Of a stretch of 64,000 nucleotides of DNA, positions 11,488 to 25,729 are shown one piece after another (within the stretch, counting starts at the first letter, position 1; each line of letters starts with the position of its first letter). This DNA comes from Octopus sinensis (Eukaryota). The notes below the pieces were generated by a model. The model was given only the letters and a program-made list of their open reading frames with translations. It searched no databases and was not told where the DNA came from. The stretch covers positions 47,368,001 through 47,432,000 of the forward strand of contig NC_043006.1 in assembly GCF_006345805.1 (NCBI RefSeq). The letters run 5' to 3'. The position numbers and the translations under genes are program-made.

Positions 11488-12419
11488 AGTTTGAGAGAAT
11501 GGTTAAGTAATAGTTAATAGATATAGATGGATAAACAGATAATTAAACATATATGTGTATATATACATATATATATCAACACACACATATATACACACGC
11601 ACTTTATAACCAAATACATAGATATACACATACATACACCCACATATATACACACATATATATACAAACATATATAAGTATATATATGTATAAACACACA
11701 AATATATATATGTGTGTGTGTTTTGTGTGTGTGTGTGTGTATGTGTATGTGTGTGTTTGTATGTGTGTGTGTGTGTGTGTGTGTGGTTATGTAGTCTCGC
11801 CTATGACGTAGATGCATGAGCGCTAGCAAGCCCCAATTTCAGAGAATAACTCAATTAGACAGGGGGTCTTTAGAGGCGTGGATAGAGCCTGTATCTATGA
11901 CATTTGGTTGGCGCCTGCTTTGACGATTCCTATTGTCCCAACAATGGTATGTTTGATCATAGAAGGAGATACGGAAGAATTCTGATGGGACGAACTAAAA
12001 GACGAAAAACAATGAAGCAAGCTAATACAGGACACGCTTTATATCTCCTCCCGCTAATTCCATGAAGTTAAAGCATTTGGGAATCAACGGGAAAACAATA
12101 TAAGTATGCGACATTTTCAATGGAAGAAAATATCTTATTCTAGTTTAAAGAAAAGGCTGCATTAAATAGGACATACTAATTTAATGCATATCTGTGTCAC
12201 GCGAAATCAGCCTTTAGGTTTTCTAACATCTGCACACTCAGGAAAATGGATGATAAAACGTAGTTCCCTGAGATTATTATCGCCCAATCGATACACAATC
12301 TAGAGCTTAAAGACACAGATACATACACACTCACATAGAGCTACACACACATATACACATACAGATATATATTCATACATACATATATACATTTATTTAT
12401 GCATGATGAACATATAACT

Positions 12420-12541
12420 TATATATACGTGTAAATTTATATACATATGTATATATAATATATATCATATATACATATACATATGTGTATATTATGTATA
12501 TAAGCATACATATATGTATATAAATGTAAGGTCATACATAT

Positions 12542-12583
<42 letters not shown>

Positions 12584-12787
12584 TATACACACGCATATAT
12601 ATGTATATAAATGTAAGTTTATATATATATATATATAAATAAATGTGTGTATATATATATATATATACACATTTATTTACATACATATATATTGATACAG
12701 TATATTTTTATATGCACACATATTTATACATGATATTTAATTATATATATTCATATAAATTTATATACATATAATATATAAATGTAA

Positions 12788-12827
<40 letters not shown>
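12420..12827. repeat. Degenerate (TA)n/(CATA)n tract
   Basis: Direct inspection. Confidence 0.9.
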
Positions 12828-12830
<3 letters not shown>

Positions 12831-13559
12831 CATTACGTAGGTCATTTGTATTTAGGCTTCAGAACAAAATATGGAAGCCAGAAGAAGAAAGAAAAGAAAT
12901 ATAATGACGATCAACATACAAAACTAAGGAGAAAATATAATAGCGGAATATATAATGATAAGAGTATTCAGATAAGAAAGATGTGTAACAAAATGATCAA
13001 TATCTTATATATTGTTATGGGAAAATAGAAGTTAATTGTAATATAGAATCGCCGTATTCTTAAGTAAATTTAGATTAAAAAATAATCTCCCGATAAAAGA
13101 AATATATAGATTATATAAAGAAAGTACGAAAAATTTTTCAGTGAGCTATTTGTTGAAACTATATTTTTATTTGAAAATCTACATGGATTTTGCTACGATG
13201 GCATATTTTCAGTTTAACCTATATCTTTGCAAAATATCAATAATTTTTAATGTGTGCAATTTTGTCTTGGGTGAATTCTGAAATATAATTAATATCTGAA
13301 CACATTAAAGTATATTTTTTTCAACACAATTAATTCATTTATTTCTAAATTCTAATGAAGCTGTCTATGGCTTTAACCATATTCAGCGTAACGTTATACA
13401 TATAAATATATAAGTAAATATGTCTGGGTGGAATAGAAACTATTTATGCAGTCACGTAGTTTCGCGTTCAATCCCACTACAGGGTATCTTGGGCCGCTGC
13501 TTTCTAGTATAGCTCTGGGGTTATCATTGCTTTGAGAGTGTATTTGCAGGACAGAATCT

Positions 13560-13830
13560 ATGTGGAATCTTGTCATATATATGTATGCATTCGTGTTTCT
13601 CTTTGTATCTGAGTTTGTCACCTTCTGGTCCAGGCCAGGCCATGTCTAACTTAATAGCACCACCTGATAGGATTATCTAAATCCTGTTTAAGTCAAGTTT
13701 TGTTTATGGTCCATTCAAGTAGTAAGTTGTATCCAAGTATGGGTAGCTTATCCGATATTCCTTGAAGAGATCTGTCCAGACCCCGTTTAAAGGTGATGGG
13801 ATCCTTTTCCTCTTTGATCTCTTTCGGGTA
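13560..13830 (-). pseudogene. CR1/L2-type LINE 3' fragment
   Basis: Minus strand reads YPKEIKEEKDPITFKRGLDRSLQGISDKLPILGY, homologous to the C-terminus at 214-684 and the 38.3-kb fragment. Confidence 0.65.
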
Positions 13831-14207
13831 AAGTTAACTAGGGATAATGTTAAATAAATATTATATATTTATAATTATAAATATATAATATTTATAATAT
13901 TATTATTATAAATTTTATATATTTATAATAACTATATAATAAATTATATATTTATAATAAATATACAATAAATATATAATTTATTGCTTCGGCAAAACTG
14001 ACGAATGGAATAAGTATAGGATCTTAAAAAAAAAGCTTTGGCGTCGATTTGTCCGACTTATCCCTCTACGGAGATGTGCAAGGATGGCCACCCTTCAATG
14101 CATGAAACGAGTACCATATTTAAGAAACATAATGTATTCACCTAATGCATACACATACATCTACAAACATACATACACACACGCATATATATATATATGC
14201 ATATATA

Positions 14208-14680
14208 CGATCTTATTTCAAATTCCACCGAGGTCGACTTTGCCTTTCATCCTTTCGGGGTCGATTAAATAAGTACCAGTTAAGCACTAGGGTCGATATG
14301 ATCGACTTAATCCGTTTGTCTGTTCTTCTTTGTCCTCTCTGTGTTTAGCCTCTTGTGGGTAGTAAAGAAATAGGTATTTCGCCCGTCGCTACGTTCTGAG
14401 TTCAAATTCCACCGAGGTCGGCTTTGCTTTTCCTCCTTTCGGGATCGATAAATTAAGTACCAGTTGTATACTGGGGTCGATCTAATCGACTGGCCCCCTT
14501 CCCGAGTAAAATGTTTAGCAGCATTTCTTATCTCTAACAACATTTTAATTTGAAATAAAACCGAGGTCAACGTTTACTTTTCACTCTTCCGGATCGATGA
14601 AATAAGCCACAATCACGTACCGGGCTCAGTAAAATCGATTAACATTCTCCCAAAATTCCTGAACTTTGTGACAAAAAATT
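14208..14680 (+). mobile_element. SINE family A (Nin/Deu-like domain), headless multimer of about 3 units
   Basis: Repeated aaattccaccgaggtcgactttgcctttcatcctttcggggtcgattaaataagtaccag units. Confidence 0.85.
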
Positions 14681-14860
14681 GAAACTATATTTATTATGGT
14701 TTTTCTTACTTTAATATCAGAAAATATCAGAAAATTTCCAGTGTTGCTCTAGTCATAAAGAAACTCTTTTGCTGGACTCTATGTTTACAGCTGTACAGTT
14801 TTGAGTGTATGGTTGTAATTAGGTTAGTATTTCATTCTCAGTTTTACTGTAATATAACAC

Positions 14861-15267
14861 AGCAGGAGTGGCTGTGTGGTAAGTAGCTTGCTTACCAACC
14901 ACATGGTTCGAGGTTCATTCCAACTGCGTGGCAACTTGGGCAAGTGTTTTCTACTATAGCCTCGGGCCGACTAAAGCCTTGTGAGTGGATTTGGTAGACG
15001 GAAACTGAAAGAAGCCCGTCGTATATATGTATATATATATATGTGTGTGTGTTTGTGTGTGTGTTTGTGTGTCTGTGTTTGTCCCCCCCATCATCACTTG
15101 ACAACCGATGCTTGTGTGTTTACGTCCCCGTAACCTAGCTGTTCGACAAAAGAGACCGATAGAATAAGTACTAGGCATCCAAGGAATAAGTCGATTTGTT
15201 CGACTAAAGGCGGTGCTCCAGCATGGCTGCAGTCAAATGACTGAAATAAGTAAAAGAATAAAAAGAG
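14861..15267 (+). mobile_element. SINE family B, full length
   Basis: gcaggagtggctgtgtggtaagtagc head through ggcggtgctccagcatggctgcagtcaaatgactgaaa tail. Confidence 0.92.
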
Positions 15268-16654
15268 TATATGACATGAAGATTTTATTGTTGCTATTGC
15301 CTTTGTGTACAGTTTTCATCAACACTGAATATATCCGGGCTATTATTTATTGTATCTTCATCAGTTGCTACCCATATTTCAAGAAAACGGTTAAGCAGAG
15401 GAAATAGATATTTGATGACGGCCAGATAAAGTCGTTGACAATATCTTACGTTTTATTTCCGACCATATCTATTTCTATTTGAAAGCTAAGGGAAACATTT
15501 GAAAGCAAGAGGAAACAATAAATCACTAAATTTTCCCCTTTTCTATGGAATTCAGATAATGAATGAAATTTGCACTCCTTAATATCTCAAAACAAGGCCA
15601 CACAGGACGACGACGATAAAGAAAACATGAAATCTGATGTGTTAATGGGAGTTGATACGGTATGTTTTAAATTTAGGATTCCTTGGACCGCTATTATAAT
15701 CATAATCTTCACACGTAATATTGGATGTTACCCTTGGCAAATTACAACACATTATACATGAACTAGAATTTATCTTCGCTCGAGAATGAAAGGCTAAATC
15801 TACTTGGTGGTATTTCGTTTTTCCACAAGCCTCTTTCTGCTAGGATATTTAAGTTGTGTGATGAAGCATCACTCCTGGAAATCAAAGTTTCAATAATCTT
15901 TTTATTCATATTCAGAAGAAACTTTTGATGGTTGAATACTCGCGTATGTCTTGGAAAATGAATGGGGTTAAAGAGTTACTATCTAAATTGAATTTGCTAG
16001 TAAATTATTAAACCCTTTTTCAAGAATGTTCTAGGACATTCATTTCTACCTGGTGCAGGAAAAAGGTAAAATGTCAGACATAGTGTTCCAAAAGAGCAAT
16101 TAATTACACCATTTAGACAATGAATCTAGTTAACTAATGGATTTAAGCGACTTTTCAGGTAATATGAGACGGAATATATCTCCTAATATAGAGTGTCTTA
16201 TGCTAAAGCAACCGTACAAAGATCAGTGTTACTCCATTGAAGGCATAAATTTTAAGGAACACTAGAGTAATTACTGAGGACAAGCTTAGGCTTAATGAAA
16301 TCTGGAAAAAGTACATTCTTAGGGATGCCGGTTATACTATGGCATTTTCATAGGATAAAATTGTACCTTCGGTTAAGAATCGTATTTGGGTAACGATGTA
16401 TACATTTGATGTCTGCGTGAAATTTCACAAGATATTCCAACTCAATAAATGATACGAGTGAGAGACGATCCTCTAGTGTATACGTAGATGCTTTTGAATA
16501 AAATCTACGCTACATGGCTCGGTGCGGGTATCGAGGCCTGTTACATAGATGACTGCAGTTTACATCGGAAATGTAACAGAAGAAAAATGTCATAATGAAC
16601 ACCGAGCTAATTGCTATGTTAAAATTATATATATATATATAAATATATATGGTT

Positions 16655-16888
16655 GTCTTTCTCTCTGTGTTTATGCCACCAGCACCACCACCACTACCAC
16701 CACCACACCATCACCACTTAGCAACTGGTGCTGCATCCCCGTAACTTAGCGGTTCGACAAAATAGACTTATAGAATAAGAACCAGATTTAACAAAAAAGT
16801 ACTGAGGCTATTCATTCGATTAAAAATTGAAGGTGGTGCACCAGCCTGGCCGAAGTCTAATGACTGGAACAGGTAAACTAAAAGAATA
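16655..16888 (+). mobile_element. SINE family B, 3' half
   Basis: ccccgtaacttagcggttcgacaaaa...ggtggtgcaccagcctggcc...atgactggaac. Confidence 0.75.
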
Positions 16889-17072
16889 GCACCTGCTACA
16901 CCTAGATATAACAAGAGATTATACACCGCAATTGCTGCGGGATGTTTTTCTCTGCGCAAAAATTTCTTCCGATAGACATTGTGTGATCAAGAAGAGTAAG
17001 CTGCACACATACACAAGCAGATGAGCGTTTGAATGTATGAATATATATTTGTTTATATCTACCATCTGTCTG

Positions 17073-17165
<93 letters not shown>

Positions 17166-17196
17166 ATCTATATATATATATATATATATATATATC

Positions 17197-17485
17197 ACCG
17201 TGAACACCGTGACCGACCAGGCTATCAGATGTTGCTACACATCGCTGGTCACAATGCGCTTCGAATTGTTTTAGCCTTCAAATGACGCCACCCCGCTGGC
17301 TAAGCGAGCAGGCCAACAGAAGAAAGATTCAGAGAAAGTTGTGGCGAAAGAGTAAAGCAGGGATTGCCACCACCCCTTGCAGGAACCTCGTGGAGCTTTA
17401 GGTGTTTTTCGCTCAATAAACACTCACAACGCCCGGTCTGGGAATTGATCCTACGACCGCGAGTCCACTGGGCCATTGCGCCTCC
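17197..17485 (-). mobile_element. SINE family C, variant with an alternative 3' tail
   Basis: Head ggaggcgcaatggcccagtgg..actcgcggtcgtaggatc; tail ...gcattgtgaccagcgatgtgtagcaacatctgatagcctggtcggtcacggtg differs from the other C copies. Confidence 0.8.
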
Positions 17486-17517
17486 ATATATATATATATA
17501 TATATATACATACACAC

Positions 17518-17548
<31 letters not shown>

Positions 17549-17603
17549 AGTGTGTGTGTGTATGTGTATATATATGTATATATGTATATATATATATGTA
17601 TAT

Positions 17604-17706
<103 letters not shown>

Positions 17707-18599
17707 AATTATCCGTGTGTCGCTATAATATGTATTAGCATACTAATGTGAAATTTTGTGTTAGTTATTTTCACTGTATGTAAATCATATGACCATACCA
17801 ACCTACATATAGTGTGCTGCCATAAACATGAATCTTTCTTTGATTAGGTATATGTGTTTTTCTTTAAGTTAAATTATGGAACTCGAATGAATATAATTCT
17901 GTTGTGTTTCTTACAGACAACTTTAAAATTTTTGACAATTATTGACGTTGTATTTTCACATTTGTTTTTGTTGGAGTGTATTAATTCTTATTAAAAGTAA
18001 GCCATAATTGTATTAACATTCATTTGGAATTATTTTGTCAGATGTCACTCAGTGGCAGACATAACATGTTTCAAATATATAACGTTGTTTCTCTTGTTTA
18101 AGTGATTAAATCTTGGACGTAAACATAGTCAGTGGCTGTCAGGATTTGTAGAACGTCGTATGGAAACATATTGAGGTAATTAGAATTGTTCTTTTTAAGC
18201 AACCAGTTCAAATCTCATCGAAGCGCATTCTCCGAACATTATAGATTATTAGTTTTATTGCTACATATCGTACGCAAAATCAATACTTTCAAAAGATCAC
18301 TGTAATTTGTTTGGTACTGAAATTACTGACTGCAGAAAAATGAAAAGCCAAACAATCTTCTGCACCTTTGGAGTAAAGGATAAAACGTGAATGAACTATT
18401 TAAGCTACGCTTTTTCTTTCCTATCTTTATATCCACTGCTTTTATCAACGATATTTTTTTTCGAAACAAATCAGTAGCAAGATTTGCTTGTACTATAATT
18501 CTCTTGAACACCTTATTTCTATTATCTATGTTACATATGCCTGATGGACGTATGGGCAGCTGCTAAGCACAAATGTGTTCTTTTCCCCAGAAATATGAC

Positions 18600-19200
18600 A
18601 TAACCTTGGTACTGCAAAAGAATTAGTCTCTTTTGCTTATTAGGCATTTTCGTAGCTGTCTCGAGTCATTGGAATACAAATACTTAGTCTTCGAAGCGTA
18701 ATGTGATATAGCGGTCACTAATCTAAGTAAGACTGTGACATTCAAAGACTGTCTGCTCTTATCTGAAAACTCTACCTTCACCTCTTCTAAAGTACAGCCT
18801 CAAGGTACCACTGTTTCTGAGGAGGCTATCAGTTGATGTCAGGATCTTGCGGATTTTAATGCCTATGGAGTGGATTTTCCCAGTCAAATATCTCATATAT
18901 TGGAATCATCTCTAGTATTAGAAATGCATTATAGGAAAGTGTCTTGTTAAAAGAGAAGAGTTCCTTCCGCCATATCTTTCTAAGTCTGATATAATATATA
19001 TGGGTTACTATATCTTTATTCACAGCAACTTTGTAAGTTACATTTTCATCAATGCCTAGGTGTTTGTAGCATGTTTTGTGTGGAACAGAAGCGATAGTGA
19101 AACCGTTGACGCAGAGATTTTTCAGTTTGACGGACTGATTTTCCACGTTCAACAACCAATTACAGATATTTCTGGCCAAATCCCATTCGTATGTCAGCCG
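18600..19200 (-). pseudogene. R4/Dong-like LINE reverse transcriptase fragment (domain 7 and thumb)
   Basis: YKHLGIDENVTY...YYIRLRKIWRKELFSFNK...FDW, then IRKILTSTDSLLRNSGTLRLYFRRGEGR (cf. DIKTRK..H..SDIDRLY..R..GGRGL). Confidence 0.8.
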
Positions 19201-19561
19201 AAAATGTAGTTGTTAACTCCATCTGTTTTATATGCGCATAGGTACATACGTATGTATGTATGTATGTATGTATGTATGCATGCATGTACGCATATATGTA
19301 CGTATAGGCCCGACGGATCTGTTTAGTGAGAAAAAGCCTGTCAAGTAAAAACACGCTCACTCTGCTGGTTTTTAATATTTTCACGATGAAAATAAAATTC
19401 ATTGATGAACATTGACGAAGAAGCTTTATACAACATAGAAATGAATTCGTTAGAATTGAACACATTACATTACAGCTATATATATTATGGACAGAGTAAC
19501 CTGTACTCAGAATAATGATATAACCTAATTGTTTATAAGTCATTAATTTTTTTTCTACATT

Positions 19562-19976
19562 AGGCACATGGGCCGAAGTTGTGGGGAGGGGACCAGTCGA
19601 TCAAATCGATCCCAGTATGCAACTGGTTCTTAATTTATCGACCCCGAAAGGATGAAGGCGAAGTAGACATCGGCGGAATTTGAACTGAGAACATAAACAC
19701 AACGAAATTCCGCTAAGCATTTCGTCCGGCGTGCTAATGTTTCTTTTTTCTTTATTGTCCACAAGGAGCTAAATAATAGAGAGAACAAACAAGGATAGAC
19801 AAAAGGAATGAGTCCATTACATCGACACCAGTGTGTAACTGGTACTTAATTTATCGACCCCGAAAGTTTGAAAGGTAAAGTCGAACTCGGCGGAATTTGA
19901 ACTCAGAACGTAACGGCAGACGAAATACCGCTAAGCATTTCGCCCTGCGCTCTAACGTTTCTGCCAGCTCGCCACC
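19562..19976 (-). mobile_element. SINE family A, dimer
   Basis: Head ggtggcgagctggcagaaacgttag plus two Nin-like units. Confidence 0.88.
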
Positions 19977-20504
19977 TTATATGAGGCAAACGAATATGTA
20001 TAATTACCAAACGAATATGATGATACGTAGTGATTAAATGATTAAAAATCAGCCTACAAATATGCAATAATGAATGAAATATATAATCATCTACCTAGAA
20101 GGGAAATTTAAGAATATCTATTGTTTCTTATGTCGATTCCAAGCATCTGTACTTTTCCATATACCTACAGACGATGGAAAAGCAAGTGTGAGGATGACAA
20201 GATTTCAACTGAGAATGTAAATAAATTTAAATGTATGCCACCGTTATTTAGTTCAATGTTAGAGTAAAACTGTCAATCCATCTGCTATATCTAGGAAACA
20301 AAAACAGGAACAATTATGTTGCCATTATAACAATTTTTACGTGTATATTGAAATAAATCCAGATTAGTAAATAATAAGCTATGCTTAATACCAATATCAT
20401 ACTGATAAGTGAAATTTGAATTTCTTCATAATTGAAAAAAATATATAAGACTTCAACGCAATATTTAATCCTACCTACGCTGTGTGGCATGATTAAATAT
20501 TTCG

Positions 20505-20665
20505 TTGCGTAGCTGTGTGGTAAGAAGATTGCCACCACATAGTCGTGGTGCGAGTCCCACTGCTTAGCACGATCGGCAAGTACTTTCTACTGTAGCTTCA
20601 GCGGTGGGGTGATCAAAGTTTTGTGATCGAATTTGGAAGACGGAAGAAATTGAATGTATTCCATT
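20505..20665 (+). mobile_element. SINE family B, 5' head fragment (diverged)
   Basis: gctgtgtggtaagaagattgcc...agtcccactgc...ggcaagtactttctactgtagc. Confidence 0.65.
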
Positions 20666-20685
20666 ACACACACACACACACACAC

Positions 20686-20725
<40 letters not shown>

Positions 20726-20728
<3 letters not shown>

Positions 20729-21098
20729 TATTATAAATCTGAGTGATGTTTCTTTGTCCGTTACTTGCTTATGCTCGTTAACTCCTTCTTGACCATTGAT
20801 CCAAGAACAGCAAAATTCAATCCAGTAAGTCCCATAATCCCAAGGAATATCCCCAAGGGGTCTATGTTTTAAGGGACGCCTAGTTAGGAACCACTGACCT
20901 CCAAATTTTTATTGCATTTACTTCGCTCCTACGCTTGTTGATTAGACTATGATCAGGATCAGCGCTTAGCACATTTGCAGAAATAAACTTGTGTATATTA
21001 CAGAAATGTAGAGGACGGCGAGTTAGCCCGATAGTGGGGCCGAAGGCCTCAAGGGTGCCCTCCGCCCGAATGCCGCTGAAGGGCGGCTTCAAGCCTAG
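20726..21098 (+). mobile_element. Non-autonomous Helitron (373 bp)
   Basis: A|TC 5' end (tcctattataaat...tttgtccgtt); 3' GC hairpin gccgc-tgaagg-gcggc (21072-21087) 7 nt before CTAG|T; no TSD. Confidence 0.75.
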
Positions 21099-21136
21099 TT
21101 TATATAGATATATATATATAGGCATATATACACACA

Positions 21137-21307
21137 GGTGTAGGAGTGATTGTGTGGTAAGTAGCTTGCTTACGAACCATATGGTTCCGGGTACAGTCGC
21201 ACTGCGTGGCATCTTGGGCAGGTGTCTTCTACTATAGCCGCGGGCCGACCAAAGCATTGTGAGTGGATTTGGGATTTGGTGGACGGAAACTGAAAGAAGC
21301 CCATGTA

Positions 21308-21357
<50 letters not shown>

Positions 21358-21609
21358 ATATATATATACATATATATATGTATGTATGTGTGCGTGTATA
21401 TGTTTGTGTGTCTGTGTTCCCCCCACACACACACATCGCTTAAAAACCAATGCTGGTGTGTTTACGTCCCCGTAACCTAGCGGTTCGGCATATGGGACCG
21501 ATAGAATAAGTACTAGGCGTACAAAAAATAAGTCGTGTGTCCGATTTGCTCGACTAAAGGCGGTGCTCTAACATGGCCACAGTCAAATGACTGAAACAAA
21601 AGAGTAAAA

Positions 21610-21610
<1 letters not shown>
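21137..21610 (+). mobile_element. SINE family B, full length
   Basis: Head, internal (TA)n/(TG)n and tail all present. Confidence 0.92.
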
Positions 21611-21675
<65 letters not shown>

Positions 21676-22139
21676 AAAATATAATTGGACATGGGTGATA
21701 GTTGTATTCTTTCTTGCCTTGAGTTCAGAGCCAAAAGGCTGGATGGATTCGCTTGAAAAAGGGCATACATGTGGAGACAGGTGCATAGGTTGGAATGCAG
21801 TTTGTATTTTTTTCTTAAATCCCATACTTACCGAGAAAATCGATTAAACGTTTTCTAATGGGATTTTCCTCTTTCTTTTGCCATTAAAACAACCAGTTGC
21901 TTAGCTGCTGTTTTCTGACGGGGTGGGGTCGGGAAATTTTCATATAGTTGGAGTTTCCAATCGAAACAGGGGACCCGAAATGATAACGTTGACAAACGCT
22001 GTTATAGATTATATCTAACCGAAAACGATCACAGCCACATGATCCAAATAGACCGGGTGAAACCGGGCTTAGTACATATGTATATATATAAAAGAGGTGC
22101 AGCCCTCGAGTTGAGGCCAGTAAAAGAGTTATATACATA

Positions 22140-22360
22140 TAAGTGTGTATATTCGTGCGTGTAAGTGTATTTTTTGTGTCTGTGCTTGTCCCCCAACATC
22201 GCTTGACAACCAGATTTGGTGTGTTCACGTTCTTGTAACTTAAAGTTTAAACAAAACAGACAATAGAATTAAAATTTTTACTAGGGTCGATTCTTTCGGC
22301 TAAAATTCTTCAAGGCTTTGCATCAGCCCAGCGACAGTCAAATCATTGAAACAAGTGAAA
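22140..22360 (+). mobile_element. SINE family B, 3' half
   Basis: ccccaacatcgcttgacaacc...cagtcaaatcattgaaacaagtgaaa. Confidence 0.7.
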
Positions 22361-23008
22361 AAAAATAAACGATAATTTATTTATATATATTTATCATTTT
22401 AAATGCTCGACATTTTTTGTAAACACAACGCTATGAGATTTATAAAATATATTAAAGCAATCGTCAACGAGAATTTGTAATGTACTTTCACAACTGCCTG
22501 AATGGTATTTTCCCTGAAACTATTATATCCATTATATACAATAAAATATCCATATAAATACAAACACGAACGCATTCCTATAAAGCAGTATGATGTATGT
22601 TCGCATGTATGTATGCAACTCTCCATGCTGAGCTCAGCTAAATAATGAAGTTTATTAACACAACATCGATAATAGATTTTTTTCTCCTTTTATTCAATAG
22701 ACACCATTCCAACATTCACGTCATGTCTTCATTCATTGCCAATTACAAAAATAAATTGTATACTTTATATACAGTATTAATATCAACGTTTATTACTCTC
22801 TAGGTTTTTTTCTCGAAAGATCATTTTGCATTGTTATGATTGCTGCTAATCCCCGCGATAGCTTAGAGCTCTGATTTTTTATATTTCCAATAAATTTTAC
22901 TTCTTTTTATTTCCTATATACTTTTTCTGTTCCCACTTTGCGGCATTAATAGGTATTATAAATACACACACAAGTATGCATATATGTATCTATCTCTCTA
23001 TGAGTGTG

Positions 23009-23039
<31 letters not shown>

Positions 23040-23072
23040 ATTTGTGTGTGAGTGTCTGTATGTATATATATA

Positions 23073-23112
<40 letters not shown>

Positions 23113-23319
23113 TAAATTCAACGGAGATTACCTATATGCGTGTTTGTGTACGTGTGTGTGTATGTATATATACTTTATTTACCTATTCTTGTCTTTGTTT
23201 TATTTCTTTTACTTCGTGGGTGTGGAGAGGGGGGGGCTCTTTATTCAATGATACATTTATTTTCCCCTTTCCTTACGGGTACATTTTTCTTCAACTTACT
23301 TTTTCATACACGCAGATAC

Positions 23320-23478
23320 ACGCACTCATGTATATATATATATATATATATTTGAGTGTGTGTGCATGTAGCATGTATGCATGCATGTAATATGTATATA
23401 TATGTTATATATATATATATATATGTATGTGTATATATATATACATAAATGTACATATATATAAATATATATATATAA

Positions 23479-23545
<67 letters not shown>

Positions 23546-23572
23546 ACACAAACACACACATACATACATACA

Positions 23573-23635
<63 letters not shown>

Positions 23636-23637
23636 CG
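23320..23637. repeat. Compound (TA)n/(TG)n/(CATA)n tract
   Basis: Direct inspection. Confidence 0.95.
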
Positions 23638-24365
23638 TAAAGTCTTCAGGATTATCAACAATATATCAGACATCTCACGATTCTAATAGGAAAATCTAAT
23701 AGGAGATCAGTTCTTTTAAATATATTTCCTACCATTTTATAGTCATTCCCCTTATAATTTACCCTTGTATTTATTTTCCTGCAATTCTGATTTAACTTCT
23801 ATTCTCGGTTTTTTTTTTATATTGATTTGAAAATTTCAGAAAAACTTTACGTCTAATATCAATAATTTAATTAGCGCGCCATCACTGCATCAACAAATCA
23901 ATAATTATGTTTAAATAAACACTATATATATATATGTTGATATTGGAGATAAAATATCGCCTTGTATATAGATATCGTTTGCATTTTATTAATTATAGTT
24001 TTTATGTATTAGTTATTCAAGAAATATGAATAATGAAATTAAGGTGACCTGCCTTCGTTTAAAATGTATTCAAGAGATGAAAGTTGTTAGACAGTGTTGA
24101 TTTATAAATATATTAGTATACTAGTATACATGCAAATATTCATAAATTTATGCATATATGTAGGTCCGCTGGTGTGTCTGATTTTTATGCGTATGTTTGC
24201 TTGTGTGTGTATGTGTGTTTATCTGTGAGTATGTATACACACACATACACACATGCATGTGTATGTATATTTAGGGAAATGGATAATTTATTAGATGAAC
24301 TATTACTTTAGTTTATATTAGTTTATTAGATATGTAGACAGAAGCATCTATCTATCAACCAATCA

Positions 24366-24446
<81 letters not shown>

Positions 24447-24454
24447 TATATATA

Positions 24455-24705
24455 TCATATCTATAAAAGGGAGGATGTGTGTACGTGTGTGTGTGTGTAC
24501 GTGTTTGTGATTTATGCACGTCCACAAATTAGCACGCATGTCGCTCCAATTTTAGGAGGACATTTGTCAACATCCTATCTGGGTTTTGTCAACTTATTTT
24601 TTTCCCCGAGGCACCCGTGGATAGCGTAAATATCTATTTTCAGACATAGCTTTTAGCCACGAAAAATATCAGCATTAGCTTTTTTGATGGCGTATATATA
24701 TCTAG
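24455..24705 (+). mobile_element. Possible non-autonomous Helitron
   Basis: A|TC start (tcatatctataaaagggaggatgtgtg...) and CTAG|T end; the subterminal hairpin is weak. Confidence 0.4.
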
Positions 24706-25184
<479 letters not shown>

Positions 25185-25284
25185 CAAGACATTGCCTCTA
25201 GAAACGTAATTGATTAATTTTTATATATAATTAATTAATTTTCGATTGAATGTTAGTTTATATTTTCTATTATAACTTGATATA

Positions 25285-25615
25285 TGGCGGCGGAGTAACA
25301 GAGTTGTTAGCACGCAGGGCAAAATGCTTAGAGTCATTCCGTCCGTTCTTACATTCTGAGTTAAATTTCTGCCGAGTTTCGATTCCCAGAGCGCGCGTTG
25401 TGAGTGTTTATTGAGCGAAGACACTTAAAACTCCACGAGGCTCCAGCAGGGTGTGGTGTCGATCCCTGCTGTACTCTTTCGCCACAACTTTCTCTCACTA
25501 TTTCTTCTGTCATGCCCTCTAAATCGATAAAATAAATACCGCTTGACCACAGGAGTTGATGTAAATGATCCATCCCCACTCCGAAACTTCTGTTCCTGTG
25601 CCAAAATTTCAAAAA
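25285..25615 (+). mobile_element. Chimeric SINE: family A head, family C middle, family A tail
   Basis: A head to ...tttctgccgag, then C body tttcgattcccagagc...ttctctcact (about 25377-25508), then the A-type tail. Confidence 0.7.
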
Positions 25616-25671
25616 AGTAAGACTTGACATAAAAACAGTCACATATATATATATATACATAGAGAGAGCGC

Positions 25672-25729
<58 letters not shown>

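Noticed and set aside
15606-15659. cag|DDDDKENMKSDVLMGVDT|gtatgt micro-exon
   Set aside because: Weak acceptor, no partner exon and no recognisable protein.
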